A stretch of DNA of 64,000 nt from Vicugna vicugna. Taxonomy: Eukaryota. The notes under the pieces are model-generated. The model did not search any database and had not been told where the DNA came from. It worked only from the letters and a program-made list of their open reading frames with translations. Where the stretch lies: contig MU058423.1 of the NCBI GenBank assembly GCA_013265495.1, positions 3,983,061-4,047,060 of the forward strand, in the 5' to 3' direction. This document shows, piece after piece, positions 37,725 to 55,549 of this stretch (its first letter is position 1; each line of letters opens with the position of its first letter). The position numbers were made by a program, and so were the translations under genes.

Positions 37725-40700
37725 GTAAGCATTGATTAGTTCTTTTCAATCTGTGGTCCTCATTTTTCTCTTATTAGAAAAGTCAGTTTTAATTCTATAG
37801 TTTCTTGGAAATTATGCTCACTGAACACTGTTTGAAGAGAATCATACTATAATTTTGTAGTGGAGTCCTGAAAATTTTAAGAATTCTAGTTACATTTACG
37901 TTGCTCTAGTCATATTTTCATTGTAAACTAAGCTTGCAAGTTTCAGATAATATTTCAGAGTCCACACTGTTTATGATCCTTAGAGCCACCGACACATTCA
38001 AAACTATCTGCTTTCACTTACTTGTGTATTTCACCGTATTTGAGTGACACACAGCGAAGTTTCAATACACGTCTCTTTGCTCCTCTGCCCCTGTCTCCTC
38101 ATTCAGGCAGAAGAAAAGATTTTAAACATTAAAAAGTTGTAATTGGTAAAGTGTCTCTCACATTTAGGTTCATTTCATGCAAAATACAATATGCTGTCAA
38201 ATGGAAAACCTTTCTGTATTTTCTGCTATTTTAAGTTATCTGTGCTACAGTTCTCCTTCATTGCCTTGGACAATTAAACATTAACAAGGTGACATTTTTA
38301 CCACATGACAGTGATATTTCATAGGAATTTTATATTTAAGTTGAAATAGTATGTTGTTACTAAGTTGCTTCAAATAAATGAGGACTATTCTGACTATTTT
38401 AAAAAGTGCAATTTTTAAATTAAAAAGTGTTTAGGTCATATAAACAGTGCATTTATGTCATCACACGTGCATTGCTGACAGTAAATAGAAAGTTCTCATT
38501 TCTTGAAAAGCAGCCTCAAGCCTGTGTCTCAAGTTTGAAGGAGTTTCTTGAGATAATGAAGAATTTGGATATAGGACATAAGATGCATTTGTAGCACTCT
38601 GCTAAGTACTTTGAGTAACATTGGGAAGGACTACTCATTGATTGAACCATCAATCAAGTGATACATACTGCATCCTTCCGGAAAACATGTCAAAGCACTT
38701 TGCGGATGTTAACATTAAAGTTAAAACTGAGTGTAAGAGAGCCTCACAAAACAGGCCAGCTTGAAAGCCTTGTCTAAAAATTTAGAACTGCTTCAAGACA
38801 GGAATCAATGTTTTAAAGAAATTGAAGCATCTTGAGTTGAAAGAAAAGAAAGGAAATCTCTCTGGACATAAATATCACATCCCCAACTCACATGCTAAGG
38901 ACAGGCAGCGAACTCATGTCCTGGAAAAGGTAGACCCTGTCAAACTGGCAACCAAGATCCAGGCATCCTCCCTGCTGGCAGTGACTTACGTTCTGCTGGA
39001 ACAAGCAGGCTGTGCACAGAGAGAACACGACCCGAGGAGGCTTTTCCTGAAATGAAAACCTAGCAGGGAGGTGGCAAGCGGATGCACAAATACTGAGTGA
39101 CAGCCCCGGCTGAGACATGATAAAAGCACGCACAGGGGGGTCCCCGTCACCGTGAGGCACAGCAGCTTGACTTTCCACCCACAGAACTGCTGTGGTTGGT
39201 AATGAGGCTGCTCCGTGGTATTACGGTGAATGTGAGGCACACACAGACATGCTGTAGGGCCAGAGACTGCTGCCGGCCTTGCTGACTTTGAAAGCAATGA
39301 AAGGGACTCCCATCACAGGAGACAAGCAAAGAGCCTGAAAGGAACAGTCACTGGGAAGAAACAGTCAATTCAGCTTTGCATCACCTGGATTCAGCTCCAG
39401 AAAGTTCCTCGGCCTCTGAGGTTAGATGTGAAAAGCCAGTAAATGCTGCATGACCTGGATTAGCGGACAGAGGTCCTCCAGTTCCCATGTGCATATAAAG
39501 CTGTGATTACAGTAAAAGCAATAAGGAACCCAGAATTCAAATAATTTGTACCAGAGAGCCGTAGAAGGTTCTGCCGTGATGTTCTAGAAAGGGAATTAAG
39601 AGTATTTGTCACAGAGCTGAAAAAAGCTCCCCTTACATGGTATGTGTAAAATGCCTGACACGCCGCTGCTCCAGACACATGCAGGTGCTTTTCCTCCAGA
39701 TCTGGGGATCTTTTGTAAGGAAGCACCGTGCAGTGGGTTAAAAGGAGGGGATGAAGAATTAATTGCAAAACTGCAACGAAACAAACAAACAAAAAAACAT
39801 TTGCAAAAGGATATAATTGTGTAAAGAAAGAAAGGCTAGGAGCTGAAAAAAATCTCAGTCGCAGACGAACACTTTTGTCAGGTTCAGCAAATAACCATAA
39901 AAATTGCTGAGACAGTTGAACTCGTCTGGAGCTGCCTCTCCTGTTTCTGTTCATTTGTTGAACACATTTATATTGAGTCCTCACCATGTGAAATCAGTGT
40001 TTTTGCAGAATTCAAAAAGGGCTTACTGATTTGAATTAGCTTTTTCAAATAGTTAAGTCCATCTCACCAAGAACCTCACAATAATGCTGTCCTTTGACCC
40101 TAAACTGGAAAGTGCCATGTGAATTCCTATTCAGAAGGGATGGCTCCTGTCTCAGCAACCAGCCCCTTAGGAAGAAGATGGAGGGTTAATGGGGACCTTC
40201 AGCTTCCCTCTGGCAACCTAGAGGCTTCTCTAAACCTGCATCGTACAACCTCAGGGAGTTACCTTTTATCACCCTGGGGTCAAATAACACTGCTCCCACT
40301 GTAAGTACATGATGGTCTATGGATGGAGCTGTTTCTTAAGTGTAGTTCAGTATCCTCCCATCATGGGTGATCAAGTTATGTTCATCTGCCTAAGGAAACT
40401 CATTAGGGTCTGGGAGTTAATTTGGAAAGGAGATAAAATGCAAACAAAATCCACAACTTGTCTTAAATTAGCCAGCTTTCCGAAGAGGAGGTTGGCCTCA
40501 GGTGGTTATATGACCTAACCTCTTCCCCTTGGGTTTCAGTAGCTTAGTTCATCTAAATCTTTGTGTTGTAGTCGTTAAATTCAAATTCTAAGTGAATTTC
40601 TGTATCCATATTACAAGGCATTAATTTTGTTCTAATTCTCATGTATGCCAGACAATCCATGTCCCACTGCTGTTTATAAATCATCTCCACTGCCTGTTTC

Positions 40701-43413
40701 CTTGGTAATTGGAACGACTGGCTCTCACTCATTATTTTTCAGAGAGACTTGAATTGTTGACACTGCTGTGTCAGACTGAGATAAGGCGAGCTTAGCGGTT
40801 TCTTTTGTTTAGAGTCTTCTTATTTACTTGTAGTACCTGAAGGTCAACGACTGCTACGGCAGGGGTGGATTAGACGAAAATACAGGAAGCATAAAGGCAT
40901 AAATTGGAAGAGATCCACCGTGGCACGATTTAATTCTCCCCAGTTAGAAACATGTAGGAAGATTTGCCCTCATAAGGCTGTAAAAATGGAACTAAAACAT
41001 CTTTCATGCTTAGTGAGATGTTAAAAGGGTGTTTTGCAGCTTACCAAGCCACATGACCCTTGGCCTTGGAAAACTCATTTTTCTTCCATAAAATTTGGAG
41101 GTGGGTAGGTATTAAATGATCATCAGGTCCTCATCAGAAGTATAATCCTGTAGTTTCTAGCCAACTTCACATAAACTTTACTTCACGCTAATTCATAATA
41201 TAATGCGTAAAAGTTATATTACCTATAACAAAATTACACTGAAGTTCAAATCTATTGGCTTTCAGTTGCGTTCAGGTTTATTTCCATATTTTTGCTAAAG
41301 AAAACACATTTCTTTCAGTTTAAATTATAAGACTAAGAGAACTTTCAGTATCCTTTGCTTCAGCAACACCATGTACATATATGTGTCCAGTTCTTCCAGA
41401 AACCTTACCAAATTTTGCCTTTAAAAAAATTTAATTATATCATTGGTCTCTGAGTAGAATTTAATTCTAGATCCTGCCTTTATAAACCATGTTAAAAATC
41501 ACAGTACAAATGCTATATTCTGATCATTGAAGCCACTTTGAGGATACAAACTTCTGTCTAGTATTTAAACTTTTTTAAGTTGACCATATTCCAGATTCCT
41601 TTGTTTCATCAAGGACCCCCATGATCTGGGCCCAAAGGAAGGAAGGATGGAAGAAAAACATTTTAAGTTGTCATGTGTGTAAAACCTTAGCACTTTGGAT
41701 CTAAGACAACAAAGTTCCTGATACCCCATGGATGCTTAGCAAATGGTCCTTCTCTTTGCCTCCCTTTTTGCGTAGTTATGTTTGCCAGGTTCCATTTGCT
41801 AATAGTATGGTGTAGCTGAGAGCAGAAACTTTGGAGACAGACACCAGCAGTACAGCCTTGCCCAAGCTGAGTAAACCTCCCCGAGCCTTGAGCATCACTG
41901 GGGACAAGGCCTGGCTCTTGTTTCTTTTGTGAAGACTGTAAGAAACTGTATAAAAGACCTGGCATGTGGGCTCACAGTAGCCATGATGATTCACACGTAC
42001 CAGGCCCTTGATACATCTCACCTGTGAAATGTTTTATTATCCCCATTTAACAGACATGAAAGGTGAGAAATCCCCACTTACTTTATCCAAACTACGCTGC
42101 TTTTAGTTTACGAACGTGGTCTTTGTTACCTTTGTGTCTGTTCCCCGCCTGACTGTTCTACTTAATCCTTCCTTCCTGGCTTTTGAAATTTTACCTGTTC
42201 TTCAATTTAAGCCAAGCTACCCCCCACCATCAACTCTCCCCTCAACCTCCCCACTGGATTCAGAAAAGGAAGTTCTCTTTCTTGCCTTTGAACTCTCATA
42301 ATCCTTCACTTTCCTTCAAGGGTGAGAACTCCTTGGAGCCTCATTTTCACCATCTCTGAGCCCGGGAACTCCCCACACAATGCACTCCACAACTCATCTG
42401 AGTCTGGTCACAAATAATACATCCATCATTGATGAGTCTCTTTTTCTTTTGGGTGATTTTTGGCCCGATTGAGTTGTTTTGGGAACTTTGAACAGAACCA
42501 CTGAATGGAGGCACTGAGTTGATGACCGTGTCATTTAAAAAAAAAAAGAGTTGCTTTTACGCTGTTTTAAACACTAGTGCTGAGGCAGAAGCACTGAATG
42601 ATTAGGTGAAGAGTGATTTTGCTTTCGTTTTCACTTCAGGTTTCTCTAAGAAACATAGCTGCAGTAGCTCATCTAGTGATAATATGCATTTTGCCAGTGT
42701 GGTTTAATCATTATTCAGTTTCTGTTTAGAGTAGACGGATTCAGATTTGTGCAGAATCTGTGAAACTGACATCTCAAAAGAAATTTCCCGAAATTTTAGT
42801 GTCAAAGATGCTGGGTGGTTGTTACGTTAGGCTTGGATGTATTTAAGGCAGCTTTAGGTATAAGGGGAAATTGGGAAGAACTACATTACTGGCCTCGGTA
42901 AGGACCAGACGGCACAGAGCCAGGAGGGGGCACTAACACTTCTAAGTCAGAAGCAACGTCGAGCGGCATTTGCGGTTTATCCGCTTTGGCTTACCATGGG
43001 AGAGTACATTCAGGATCAGGCTGGTTTTTCTGCCATGCTGAAGGAAAACGCAGGGAACTGGAAATTGCTATATACGCATAAAGCAGCTGTTGCTTTTCTA
43101 AACAAAAATAAAGGGAAGTATTTCATAAATAAGAACAATAATTACTATTCTGAAATGGGGGTCTAGTATGGTTTCTTTTCATTTACTGCATCTGACTGAA
43201 GACTAACAGGATGTTGAGTAACAACAGGCGGTAACTCATATTCCGAATGGCCTGGGGAGCAAGGACCATTACTCGCCAGGCGTCATGTACGTCCAGACAG
43301 CATGGGGAGATCATCATTTACTTACTCTTCCATGTGCTTATGGAAAATTTAGCAGTGTATTGTATATATTGATGTGTCAAGGAGCTCATGTGTTTGATTC
43401 TTTTTTCCTAAAG

Positions 43414-43543
43414 GAGCTGGTGGAGTACTACAAGCATCACTCTCTCAAAGAAGGGTTCAGAACCTTGGATACAACTCTGCAGTTTCCATACAAGGAGCCA
43501 GAACATTCAGCTGGACAGAGGGGTAGCAGAGCAGGCAACAGCT
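43414..43543 (+). CDS. VAV3: VAV3 coding exon (approx. exon 25), SH2 end and linker: ELVEYYKHHSLKEGFRTLDTTLQFPYKEPEHSAGQRGSRAGNS
   Basis: ttttttcctaaag acceptor, gtgagt donor at 43544; 130 nt, phase 0 to 1; peptide visible in ORF 43285..43590. Confidence 0.97.
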
Positions 43544-45344
43544 GTGAGTATTGTAATTTAGAATACAATTTGCTGTCACTTAAGGATTGAAGGCGTGATA
43601 ACATTAAACAGCTTCATTCCAAATTTTGAAATAGAATCAATTAATATGCGGATACATTTAGCAAGGAATTTTTCTGGAGCGAAGCAGAATCAGATGGACC
43701 GACAGGTTTATTGAACATGTCTAGATTTAGTTCTTTGTGCCAAATTAAAAATCATGTTTGTGTTCAGAAGCCCATCAGAAATATACGGTATGTTAATATG
43801 TAAGTTTTGTACTTTGCATTGACTTTTATATCAGCCAAACTCTTTTTAACCGATACGTGTTTGTGACCATAATCCGGTTTGATCACCAGGATTTAAGCAA
43901 GGCTGGTGCACAGTCCTCCCATCTAACCTCATATCCCAAGTCTGCTTACAGATTCTATTTCTGTGATTGCTTTCAGAGCTTTGAAATAACTAAAAGCATG
44001 TTTTCTCTGACACCAGTATTTAAAAGTATATATTAACCACTTTGTTCCAGAATGAGCGTTATGCCACAAATAATTACAGAAGAGTGGCACGCACACTGAA
44101 AGCATGTTATAGTTTCAGTGTGAGTTCAAGTCAAAACATTTTTCTCATCACTGTTTAATGTCACATAGTCTTCCTGGAGGTAGATAGTAATGAAAAGTGC
44201 TATGAATAAAATGTGATTTCATTCCCTCATTTTAACAGCATTTTTTAAAAAATTAAAACTGTTTTAGAGGAGAAAGGAATAGTTTTATTACCCTTGGAAC
44301 GTTTAGCCTAAGCTAGAGGTATCTGAAGAAAAGGATTTGCATCATGTAATAATACAACTTTCCCTTTCAGTTTCTGCTTTCAGGGGAAAAAAAAGTTAAA
44401 ACAAGTAACGCTCAGGGCTCTAACAACATCAGTGAAATTTCATAACACTTCCATATAAGTAAATATATAAGGAATTTGTCACATCGACTGACAGGTTTTT
44501 TTTTTCATCTGAATAACTTAGTAGCTGTTCTGTTCACAAGGAGCCGTGATAAATGAACAAGCTTGTGCGATGAGTGGCCAGAGCGCACTTTTTGCTGAAA
44601 CTGTAAACACATTAAAATTCCTGGTTTTTAAGCCCAGTTACCCAGTTATCCTAGACTCTCATATAGGCCCTTTTTTTTGTTCATTCAAAAATGCAAGTTT
44701 TCCCTTAATTTTTTTCTACAAATTTCTTAAATGTCTACAGGGTTATGCCATTTTCCCCTCCATGACAAGTATAATCTTCAGTTCTCTTTATCTGCCTTAC
44801 CAGTAGCAGGAGAAATACAAGTTGCCAAGGAGGTCAGTTAGACTAAAAATCCTGTTTGAGTTGTTGAGTTTTGGAAAGCCGTCGTGGGAGAGTTTGGCCG
44901 TCGGGGAGAGCAGATGTCCCGTATCGGGGGAAGGTCATTGACCCTCGTGTTTCACTATGTTTTTACTTCTAGTCACTTCGGTGCTGGCACGTGTATTTGT
45001 TCAGAGAGCACTGCTCAACGATGAAGGGACTTGACTAATTTAAAATTTGTTTCTAGTGTTTAACTAGGTACTTAATGCTCAAGCTTGTTTAGTCACTAGA
45101 AATGGAATTACGGGCTTTTTCTCCTTTTTTTTTCTTTTAAGCATAGCCAACAGCATGATTTTGAACATCCATGCGAGCTATAGGGACATTCTTAGACTCA
45201 CAGCATTCACGCATTCCATACCCAAGCTTTTTAAGAGACTCTGGCAAGTCATGTCACAAGAACCCTTTTATGATCGAGAAGTAAAAGCAAATCACATTTA
45301 AAGTGTAATCTTTGTTAGAGCTTGGCTTTGTTCATCAAGTATTC

Positions 45345-45575
45345 CGTTATCCATTCCTTCAACAGATAACACGGTAAAAACCTAGCACAGACAAGGCGCT
45401 GTTCTAGGTACGAGGACACAGCAGTTGAGAAGACAAAGTCCCTGTCCTCGTGGAGCTTAGAGTTTAATGAGGAGACTCAGGCAAGCCTGGGTTAGGAGGC
45501 TGATGCTTCTATATAGGATGAGCAGGGAAGACCTCGCCCATACAGTGACGAGAGAGAAGTGAGGGAGTGAGTTAG
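45345..45575 (-). mobile_element. L2 3' fragment
   Basis: cattccttcaacagataac...aggcgctgttctaggtac...agacaaagtccctgtcctcgtggagcttagagtttaatg. Confidence 0.7.
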
Positions 45576-47189
45576 TATGTCAGTCAGCAATAACTTCTCG
45601 GTGGTCTACACCTCCAGGATTATTCAGTTGTTACCCCAGAGCAGGATTAGCATCTTAGATCAAGTCTACATTTTCCCAGTGTTGTATATTTACTTTATGC
45701 TGACTTTGTATGAAGTGAGAAGAGCATGGAGATGATGCTGAGGACTAAATGGGGTGCTCTGTCTAGAGCACGCAGTGGTGCTGGTACACGGAAAACCTGC
45801 CGTGAACGTCGGCTACTGGTCCTGCCGCTGCCACGGGTACGGCTGCTGCTGCTCGTAACTCCTAGCACAGCAGACATGGTCCTGTGTCCCCGGTAGCTGA
45901 GTTACTAGTGTTAGCCCCTAGCAATTTGTATCTTTGCTTTTATAATTTTTAAAATATACCTTGCTTACTTTATACCAAGTCCTGATCAAGGGTTAACCCT
46001 TCATTAAAACATCACTTCTATTTTTATATGCGTGTTGTGCCTCTCAGGAAGCAGTAAAGAGGTAACGGGACACCTTCTGCAGAGAAAGATTATGCAGGAT
46101 GTCTGAATAGTCCTTACCTCTGGTTCATAGCTTTGGGTACACCGCTAAATGTCTCCAAATAACTTCTATGAAGAAGTGGTACCTTGGGGTCCTGGATGGC
46201 CGGGCGTGACATCGCCACTGCTTCTAAAGTCTTGGAGGAAGCAGAGCAGGCGTGCTGCAGCCTAGGGCCACCCTGTGTCCTGGGGCAGATGTCCACACCG
46301 CAGTTCCAACTCCTGAAACCTGCTTTTTTTTTTTTAATAAAATAGTTACCTTGGAAAAGAAGTCCCAGGGCATTGCAGAACAGGCTGCTTGCTTCTGTAT
46401 TAAGTCCAGGTGGGAATGGTCTTGGGCAGATTAACAACTATCCTCAAGGTTGTAAAATACGGTAAGATTATGACCGACCTACCTCATGCAACTGCGAAAT
46501 AACAAATGGAAAGATACTGACTGGAATTAAACAGGCAGCCAGCATAGAGTGTTTCTAGGTGAGGAGCCCGTTGTGGGCAAGGCTCTTCCCCGGGCTATGA
46601 GACTCTTCTTTTTTTGCCTTTGCAATGATTTGAGTGTTTCCAAGAGAGGAAGAAAAGAGAAAGGAAGAGGGAACTCGCACGCAGCAGTGAGCCGCCGTGT
46701 TTCCCTGGAAACGGCGCTGGCTCCGTGGGAGACCTCCTGCCCTCCCGTGGCCTGCGCAGGAATCCCATCACTTTCCAAAAATGGTCCCGGAAAACCTGCC
46801 GTAGCCTGCTCCGGGTGCACCCCCAGGGCTTACGTACTTGAAAGACTCTGAACTGACTTTTGCCTTTCTTGCTCTACCGTGAGCCCTTAATTATTTTCAG
46901 CTCTGCTACTGAGTGGCTGTTTGACCTTGGGCAAGTCACTTAGCCTGTCTGGGCCTCAGCTTTCTTATCTGATGAATAAGGAATGAGATTATTTTATTGT
47001 GTTCTTTTAAAAATAGTTTCCTTGGTTGGTTTGTGTGAGAGAAGGTTAGGTAAAATATTAATAGGCCATTATACCTGGAAAAGTTGCATGATTAGCTATT
47101 TCATTACCCATTAACAGGCCTTAAGCATTTTCCCAAGGAAATGGAGAATTAGTTGAACCACAGAGTAGAGTTGGCTAATGTTTAAAAAA

Positions 47190-47925
47190 ATGCTGGTTAT
47201 CACTATGTTTACGTAATCTCAAAGTATCTTCTCACAAGAACTTATTACAAAAGGGAAAAGAGAAACATCTTAATCAGGTGATCAGTGACAATGTTACCAA
47301 TAACGGGACATGTACCTCCCAATGTGATGCTCTAAGAAGGACATAACACCTCTTTGGAGGGATTCCTGCCTCCAGGATGCACAGTTTGAATCTAATCATG
47401 AGGAAACATCAGAAAAACCCACACTGAAGACCTTCCACAAAATAACTGGCCTGTACTCAAAAAATGCCAACATCACGAAAGGCAAAGACTGGGGAATTGT
47501 TTCAAGACTAAAGCAGACCAGACTCACGACAGCTGTGTGCAACATGTGATCCTAGACTGACTTCTGGACCCGGAAAAAAAAATTTTTTTTTTTTGGCTAT
47601 AAAGGACACACGTGGGACAATTAACACATTATGAATAAGTTTCTAGATGAAGTAATCATATTAATTTTTTGTTTTTGATAATTGTACTGTGATTGTAAAG
47701 AAGAAAATGCCTTTTTTTTAGGAAGTACACACTGAAGTATTTAGCGATCAAGGGCATTCTGTCTGCAATGTATTCTAAAATAGTTCAGGAGAAATACAGA
47801 GACTGATGAAGCAAACAGTAAAATGTTAACATTTAAGGAGTTTGAGTGAAAAGTACATAAGAATTCTTTGTACTATGCTTGCTACTTTTAAGTCTGAATT
47901 ATTTCAGAAGTAAGAGTTTTAAAAT
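47190..47925 (+). mobile_element. Old L1MC/L1ME-type 3' end
   Basis: gaatctaatcatgaggaaacatcagaaaaaccc...aataactggcctgtactc...aattctttgtactatgcttgctacttttaagtctgaattatttc. Confidence 0.75.
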
Positions 47926-48104
47926 TTAGAGATGATCCCATCAGCGGCAGAGGTCTGACAGCGCCGGACAGAGACGGCAGCCTTGTCCTCCTCCACCGGC
48001 CCCGGGTGCGGGGGGCTCGGTGTGCCGGTTTTAGGGTGTGTAGAGTACTAAGCAGGTGGTACTGGAAACCATCGCTTCCTCTCCTGGGCCCTCACTGCAC
48101 TTGC

Positions 48105-48925
48105 TTATTCATTCATTCATTCTTTTATTCAAATATTTGCTCAGCTCTTACTATGTGCCAGTCCCTGTTCCAGATGCTCGGTTTAACAGTGAAGAAGATG
48201 GACGGGGCAGACATAAAGCAAATGACTTCATAATCACAAATTCCAGCTAAGTCTTGTGAAGCAGAAGCACAGGTGGAAGCGAATGACAAGAGGGCCTATT
48301 TAGCCTGCAGGGTCAGGGGAGGACATTGGGAAGAAGTGGCGTCGAGGATCTACATGGACTGGCGGGCTATGGGTTAATGGTGGGTAGGGCACCGCCACGG
48401 TGAAGCAGCAGCTGTGTGGGGGACAGTTAACAGGGAGTGACTTTGCATGCTTGAGGAATTAGAAGGAGGTCGAAAAGTCTGGGGCACAGTGAGCGGATTC
48501 TAATATGTACCGTGGGAACGTATTGAACCTTTACGAGCAGAAAATGATATGAACTGATTTGCGTTGTTTTAAAAGATCACTGTCTACTCTGGGAGAGTGG
48601 CTTGGAGGGAGGCCCGCCCAGAAGAGAGGTGAGGTAGGGAACTCCTGCAGACGTCCAAGGGAGGGACGATGGTGGTTTGGACAAGAGTGGAGTGGAAACA
48701 GTGGAGCAGGACCCAGGGCAGACTTGGATATAATCTAGAGGTCGAGTTGATTGGATAAAAGGATTGAGGTAGAAGTAAGTCCAGGTGTGATACACAAGCA
48801 CCTGCCCGGGACGACTGGCCAATGGTGAAACCACTGACTGACCGGGACACAGGAGTTCTAAATGCATGCGGTTTTGCACAGATTTTTAGTACCTGTGCAT
48901 ACTCAGTGGTTCAGTAGGCAGTTTA
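48105..48925 (-). mobile_element. L2 LINE fragment
   Basis: attcattcattc tail, tactatgtgccag, ttttaaaagatcactgtctactctggg, gatggtggtttggacaagagtgg. Confidence 0.75.
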
Positions 48926-49839
48926 CAAGATAGTTTTGTCCATCATTCACACTTCATTCCACGGTTACATAGAATATAAATAAAAATATAATGTATAAAT
49001 ATTATATAAATACAGATAAAAATATATAGGTTTCATGATTTTTTTCTGGTGTATTGTTCCCTGAAGCCTTAGGAACCAGGCTTGTTTGCTTCTCAGACTG
49101 CACTTTGCACAGCGCCTTTCATGAAGCACCTGTTCAGACAGGGCTAAATAAGTGAGGTCAGAACGTAAGGTCCACGGGAGGCAGAGCAGGTACTAAGATG
49201 CTATGTGTAGTTATTTGATAAAGCAGAGAAAGTTGGGGGGGGGCAGTGAAACAGCATTTAGATCCGCATGATGCCTTTGATCTAGTAGCAAGTATTAAAG
49301 CAGTTCTTCAAAAATTGACAAAGGCTTTCTGGGTCATCAGGACCATACAGGTGGCCCTGCAGGAAAACGTCAGAGCCAGAGCCAGGGCCTGGGGCTGCTT
49401 CCCCTTCTCCCCGCGCGTGGTCTCTTTCCTTTCACACTGGTACCCCCGTTACTCTGTTAGCCATCTGACAAGGTACTTAAGCTTCATTTTAGCCAGTGTT
49501 TTAGAAGCTTGGAAAATGAGTATCATTCATAATTTGTTTAACTCAATATAACATAGCTTTCTTATTCCTGATTGTTCTCCTGATAATGCCCTAACCACTA
49601 CTTACCACTATTTGTAATAGTGGAAATATTAGCTCCTTCATACAAACTCCTTATACGTGCACTTAGCTTTTAACCTTCTTGCCCTTGTAATTCAACCTAC
49701 TCATACCGATCTCCTCTTATTTCCTGATCTCCTAATTTTATCCTCAGTCTTCTGTCATCTTTTTCCTTTGTCATTTGGTATTTGGATTTGATTCAATCTC
49801 ATTTTATTCTGGTAATGTAAGCATTTGCTTTAATCTCAT

Positions 49840-50282
49840 GGTAACAGCTTCCTAGAACTGCTGTAAAAACTGCCACAAATGGAGGGGCTTACAACAACAG
49901 GCATGTACTGTTACGGTTCTGGAGGCGAGAAGTCTGAAACCAGAGTGCTGGCAGGACTGGTTCCTACTGGAGGCTCTGAGGGAGCACCCCTTCCTTGCTT
50001 TTCTTCTCGCTTCTGGGTGGCTGCTGGCCATCCTTGGTGTTCCTTTGGCTTATAGACAGATCATTCCAATCTCCCTGGCCTTTCCCTCCTCTGTATGTCA
50101 TCTCCCTTTCTCTTCTTTTATAACGACACCTGTCATTTCATTTAGAGCCCATCTTAACACAGCATGATTTCATCTTGAGATCCTTAACTTTTATCTGCAA
50201 AGACCCACTTTGCAAGTAAGATCACACTCAGTTCTAGGCGGACTTATCTTTGGGAAGGTGAGGCAACATTCAACCCACTATA
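49840..50282 (-). mobile_element. MLT1-type (ERVL-MaLR) solo LTR
   Basis: ttcctagaactgctgtaa...ggttctggaggcgagaagtctgaaaccagagtgctggcagg...caacattcaacccacta. Confidence 0.8.
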
Positions 50283-52391
50283 ATCTCACAGTACTAATTT
50301 TAAATGTTTCCATCTGTAGTTTTACTTTTTGTTAATTGGTCAATGGATGGGGAGTTAGGAGAAACATGACCTTAATACAATGAAGTGTTTTCAATGGCTT
50401 GTAACTTTCCTTCAGTGAAATGCACTGTCTTCCTGAGAGAAAGCACTTCTAGCCAATGAAAGTTTCCAAGAAAAGTCCACATGACCATTTGTCTGAAATA
50501 CTATATGAAATTTTTGCTATAGAATAAGAACCTAGGAATTCTGATATCTGATAATTTGATAAGATTAACAGAACGGTGAATTTTTCAAACCCCGTTCACA
50601 TATATTAATGTCTCTAACAAGTGTGTCATGAACCACCAGCGTTGGAAGAAGCATCACGAAAGGTTTCCTTTGTTAAATGGATGCACCAGAAGTGCTGCTT
50701 GTATGATACAGAAAAGTGACAGGTTACCTAGAATTTGCCGAGTTTATTTCATCCTGCAACGCCATCTCAGAGTGTGTAAGTAAGGCTCACGTTAGGAACC
50801 TTAAGAGAGTCAGTATATGTGAAGTACTCAGAACAATGTCTGGCGTGTGGGACGTGCTCTGTGCACACTTTTCTATCGGCTAACGTAGCTGTAACGTATG
50901 CTGACATTTTTATACCTTCTTCCTCAGCATGTCTGTTGTATCTACAGAATTCACTTTTCTTGGGCAGCTGGTCCGCTGCAGTTGCACATTTCCATTACTA
51001 CGTCATGCTGAGCTTTTCTATTTAATTTACTTATCTCAGGAGCTTTCCTCAGTACTATGAGGAATTTTTATCCTGAACCTGATAGCTTTAAAAATTAGCA
51101 GCCAGTACCCAGGGTCCCTTTGGAAATGTATAGCTTGCAGATCAAAATCCTACAGATTTAAGTAACCTCACTCAAAGATGTCTTTTTTAAATATTTCAAA
51201 GCTCAAAAAGCAGTCTTTAGGTCTTAATTCCTCATTTTATATAGTGTTCTTTCTGATAAACCTTATTTTCTAAATTAAAAACTGATCTCAGTTAATAGGT
51301 GTAATGTTTCCTAATTGACTCTAGTACCCTCATGTGGCAGCCCTGATCCACAAGGGTTTGATTTTTCTAGTCTCCCTTTCCTGTAAAACAGAAGTTTCTC
51401 TAATTGCGAGGAATTTCTTTTTGTCTTGCTAAAATTGGGAGCAGCCTCCTAACTTTGAAAAATGATGCTGAGCGCTCTCTTTTCCCTCATACGCACCACT
51501 GATCTGCTGCCTCTCCTACTGATTCCGAATCTGCAGAAGGTAGCAGGTCCTAACTCTGCAGCCCTCTCCTAATAGCATCAGAAGCTGAGTACTGCCCTGG
51601 CCCGGAGTTCCTTTCATTCACTGCTTTCTGCATTCACCTTTCTGAGCACCTGCTTGCACCAAACACACTCTAGCACAAACCCCTGAGTGTTGCATACAGT
51701 TTAGCTTAACAGCTGAACAACGGACGGGAATGCAGGGAGTCTCGTATTGAGGCTCCTCAAACTTACAGCCACATCAGCCCTCGTGGAGGCGTCTTCAGAC
51801 AAGAAGACATTCCCGAGGTCAGCTTTAGGCTTCGCTTGACACTCAAGTGACTTCATGTCCACAGCCACACAAAAGCACACACTTAATTTTCTGAACAAAA
51901 TTTTTAAAATTCTTGTACTGATCCAGAAATGACTTATTGTAGCTAATCATTAGCTCATCTCTCAGAGCTACTCAAAGCTAAATATACTAGATACTCCCTC
52001 TACCATGATAGCCTTTCATCTCATGTGCTTTCTTTCCTTCCTCGCTGCATTTCTTTCTTTTTTAATCGACTAATTAAATTAATAAGTCCCTCCTCATACA
52101 TATGGTTGCTAAATCTGCCACCATCCTGGCCACCCTGCTGCGATACGCTCATACTTGTAAGAATTGAGTGCAAATATTTCATAATGGCCTGACTTGCTTG
52201 TTCAGATCTTTCCCTACTCAATGCTCATTCTTTCCAGTCAAAGCTCCATCTTCCCCAGTTAATCTTCCCTCTTTCCTTTATGCTTCTCCCTCATAGGACC
52301 ATTCTCCATACTTGGATGAGTCTAAGAACTTCTTTCCTCATCTCTTTAGTTATTACATCCTCACCATTAACCCCCTCCACAGGTCCCCACG

Positions 52392-52592
52392 TTCATTCAT
52401 TCATTCAACAGATCTTTGTTGAGTGCCTACTGTAGCGCAAGCACTGTTCAAATTACTGGGAATACACAGCAGTGGGGGAGGGGAGCAAATCTCTGCCTTT
52501 GTGGAACTTGGTAATGAAGAAGGCAAATAATAGATAAAAATATAAATTATATAGCGTATTAGACATTGGTGAGTGCTCTGGAAGAATAATTT
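52392..52592 (-). mobile_element. L2 3' end, interrupted by a younger L1
   Basis: ttcattcattcattcaacagatctttgttgagtgcctactgt; L2-like sequence resumes at ~55930-56410. Confidence 0.7.
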
Positions 52593-52606
52593 AACAATGT
52601 AACACT

Positions 52607-55514
<2,908 letters not shown>

Positions 55515-55549
55515 AACAACGTAACACTACGCAGGAGTGCTGGGGATGG

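Noticed and set aside
43285..43590. ORF 43285..43590 as a stand-alone gene
   Set aside because: Only 43414-43543 is the exon; the rest is intronic.
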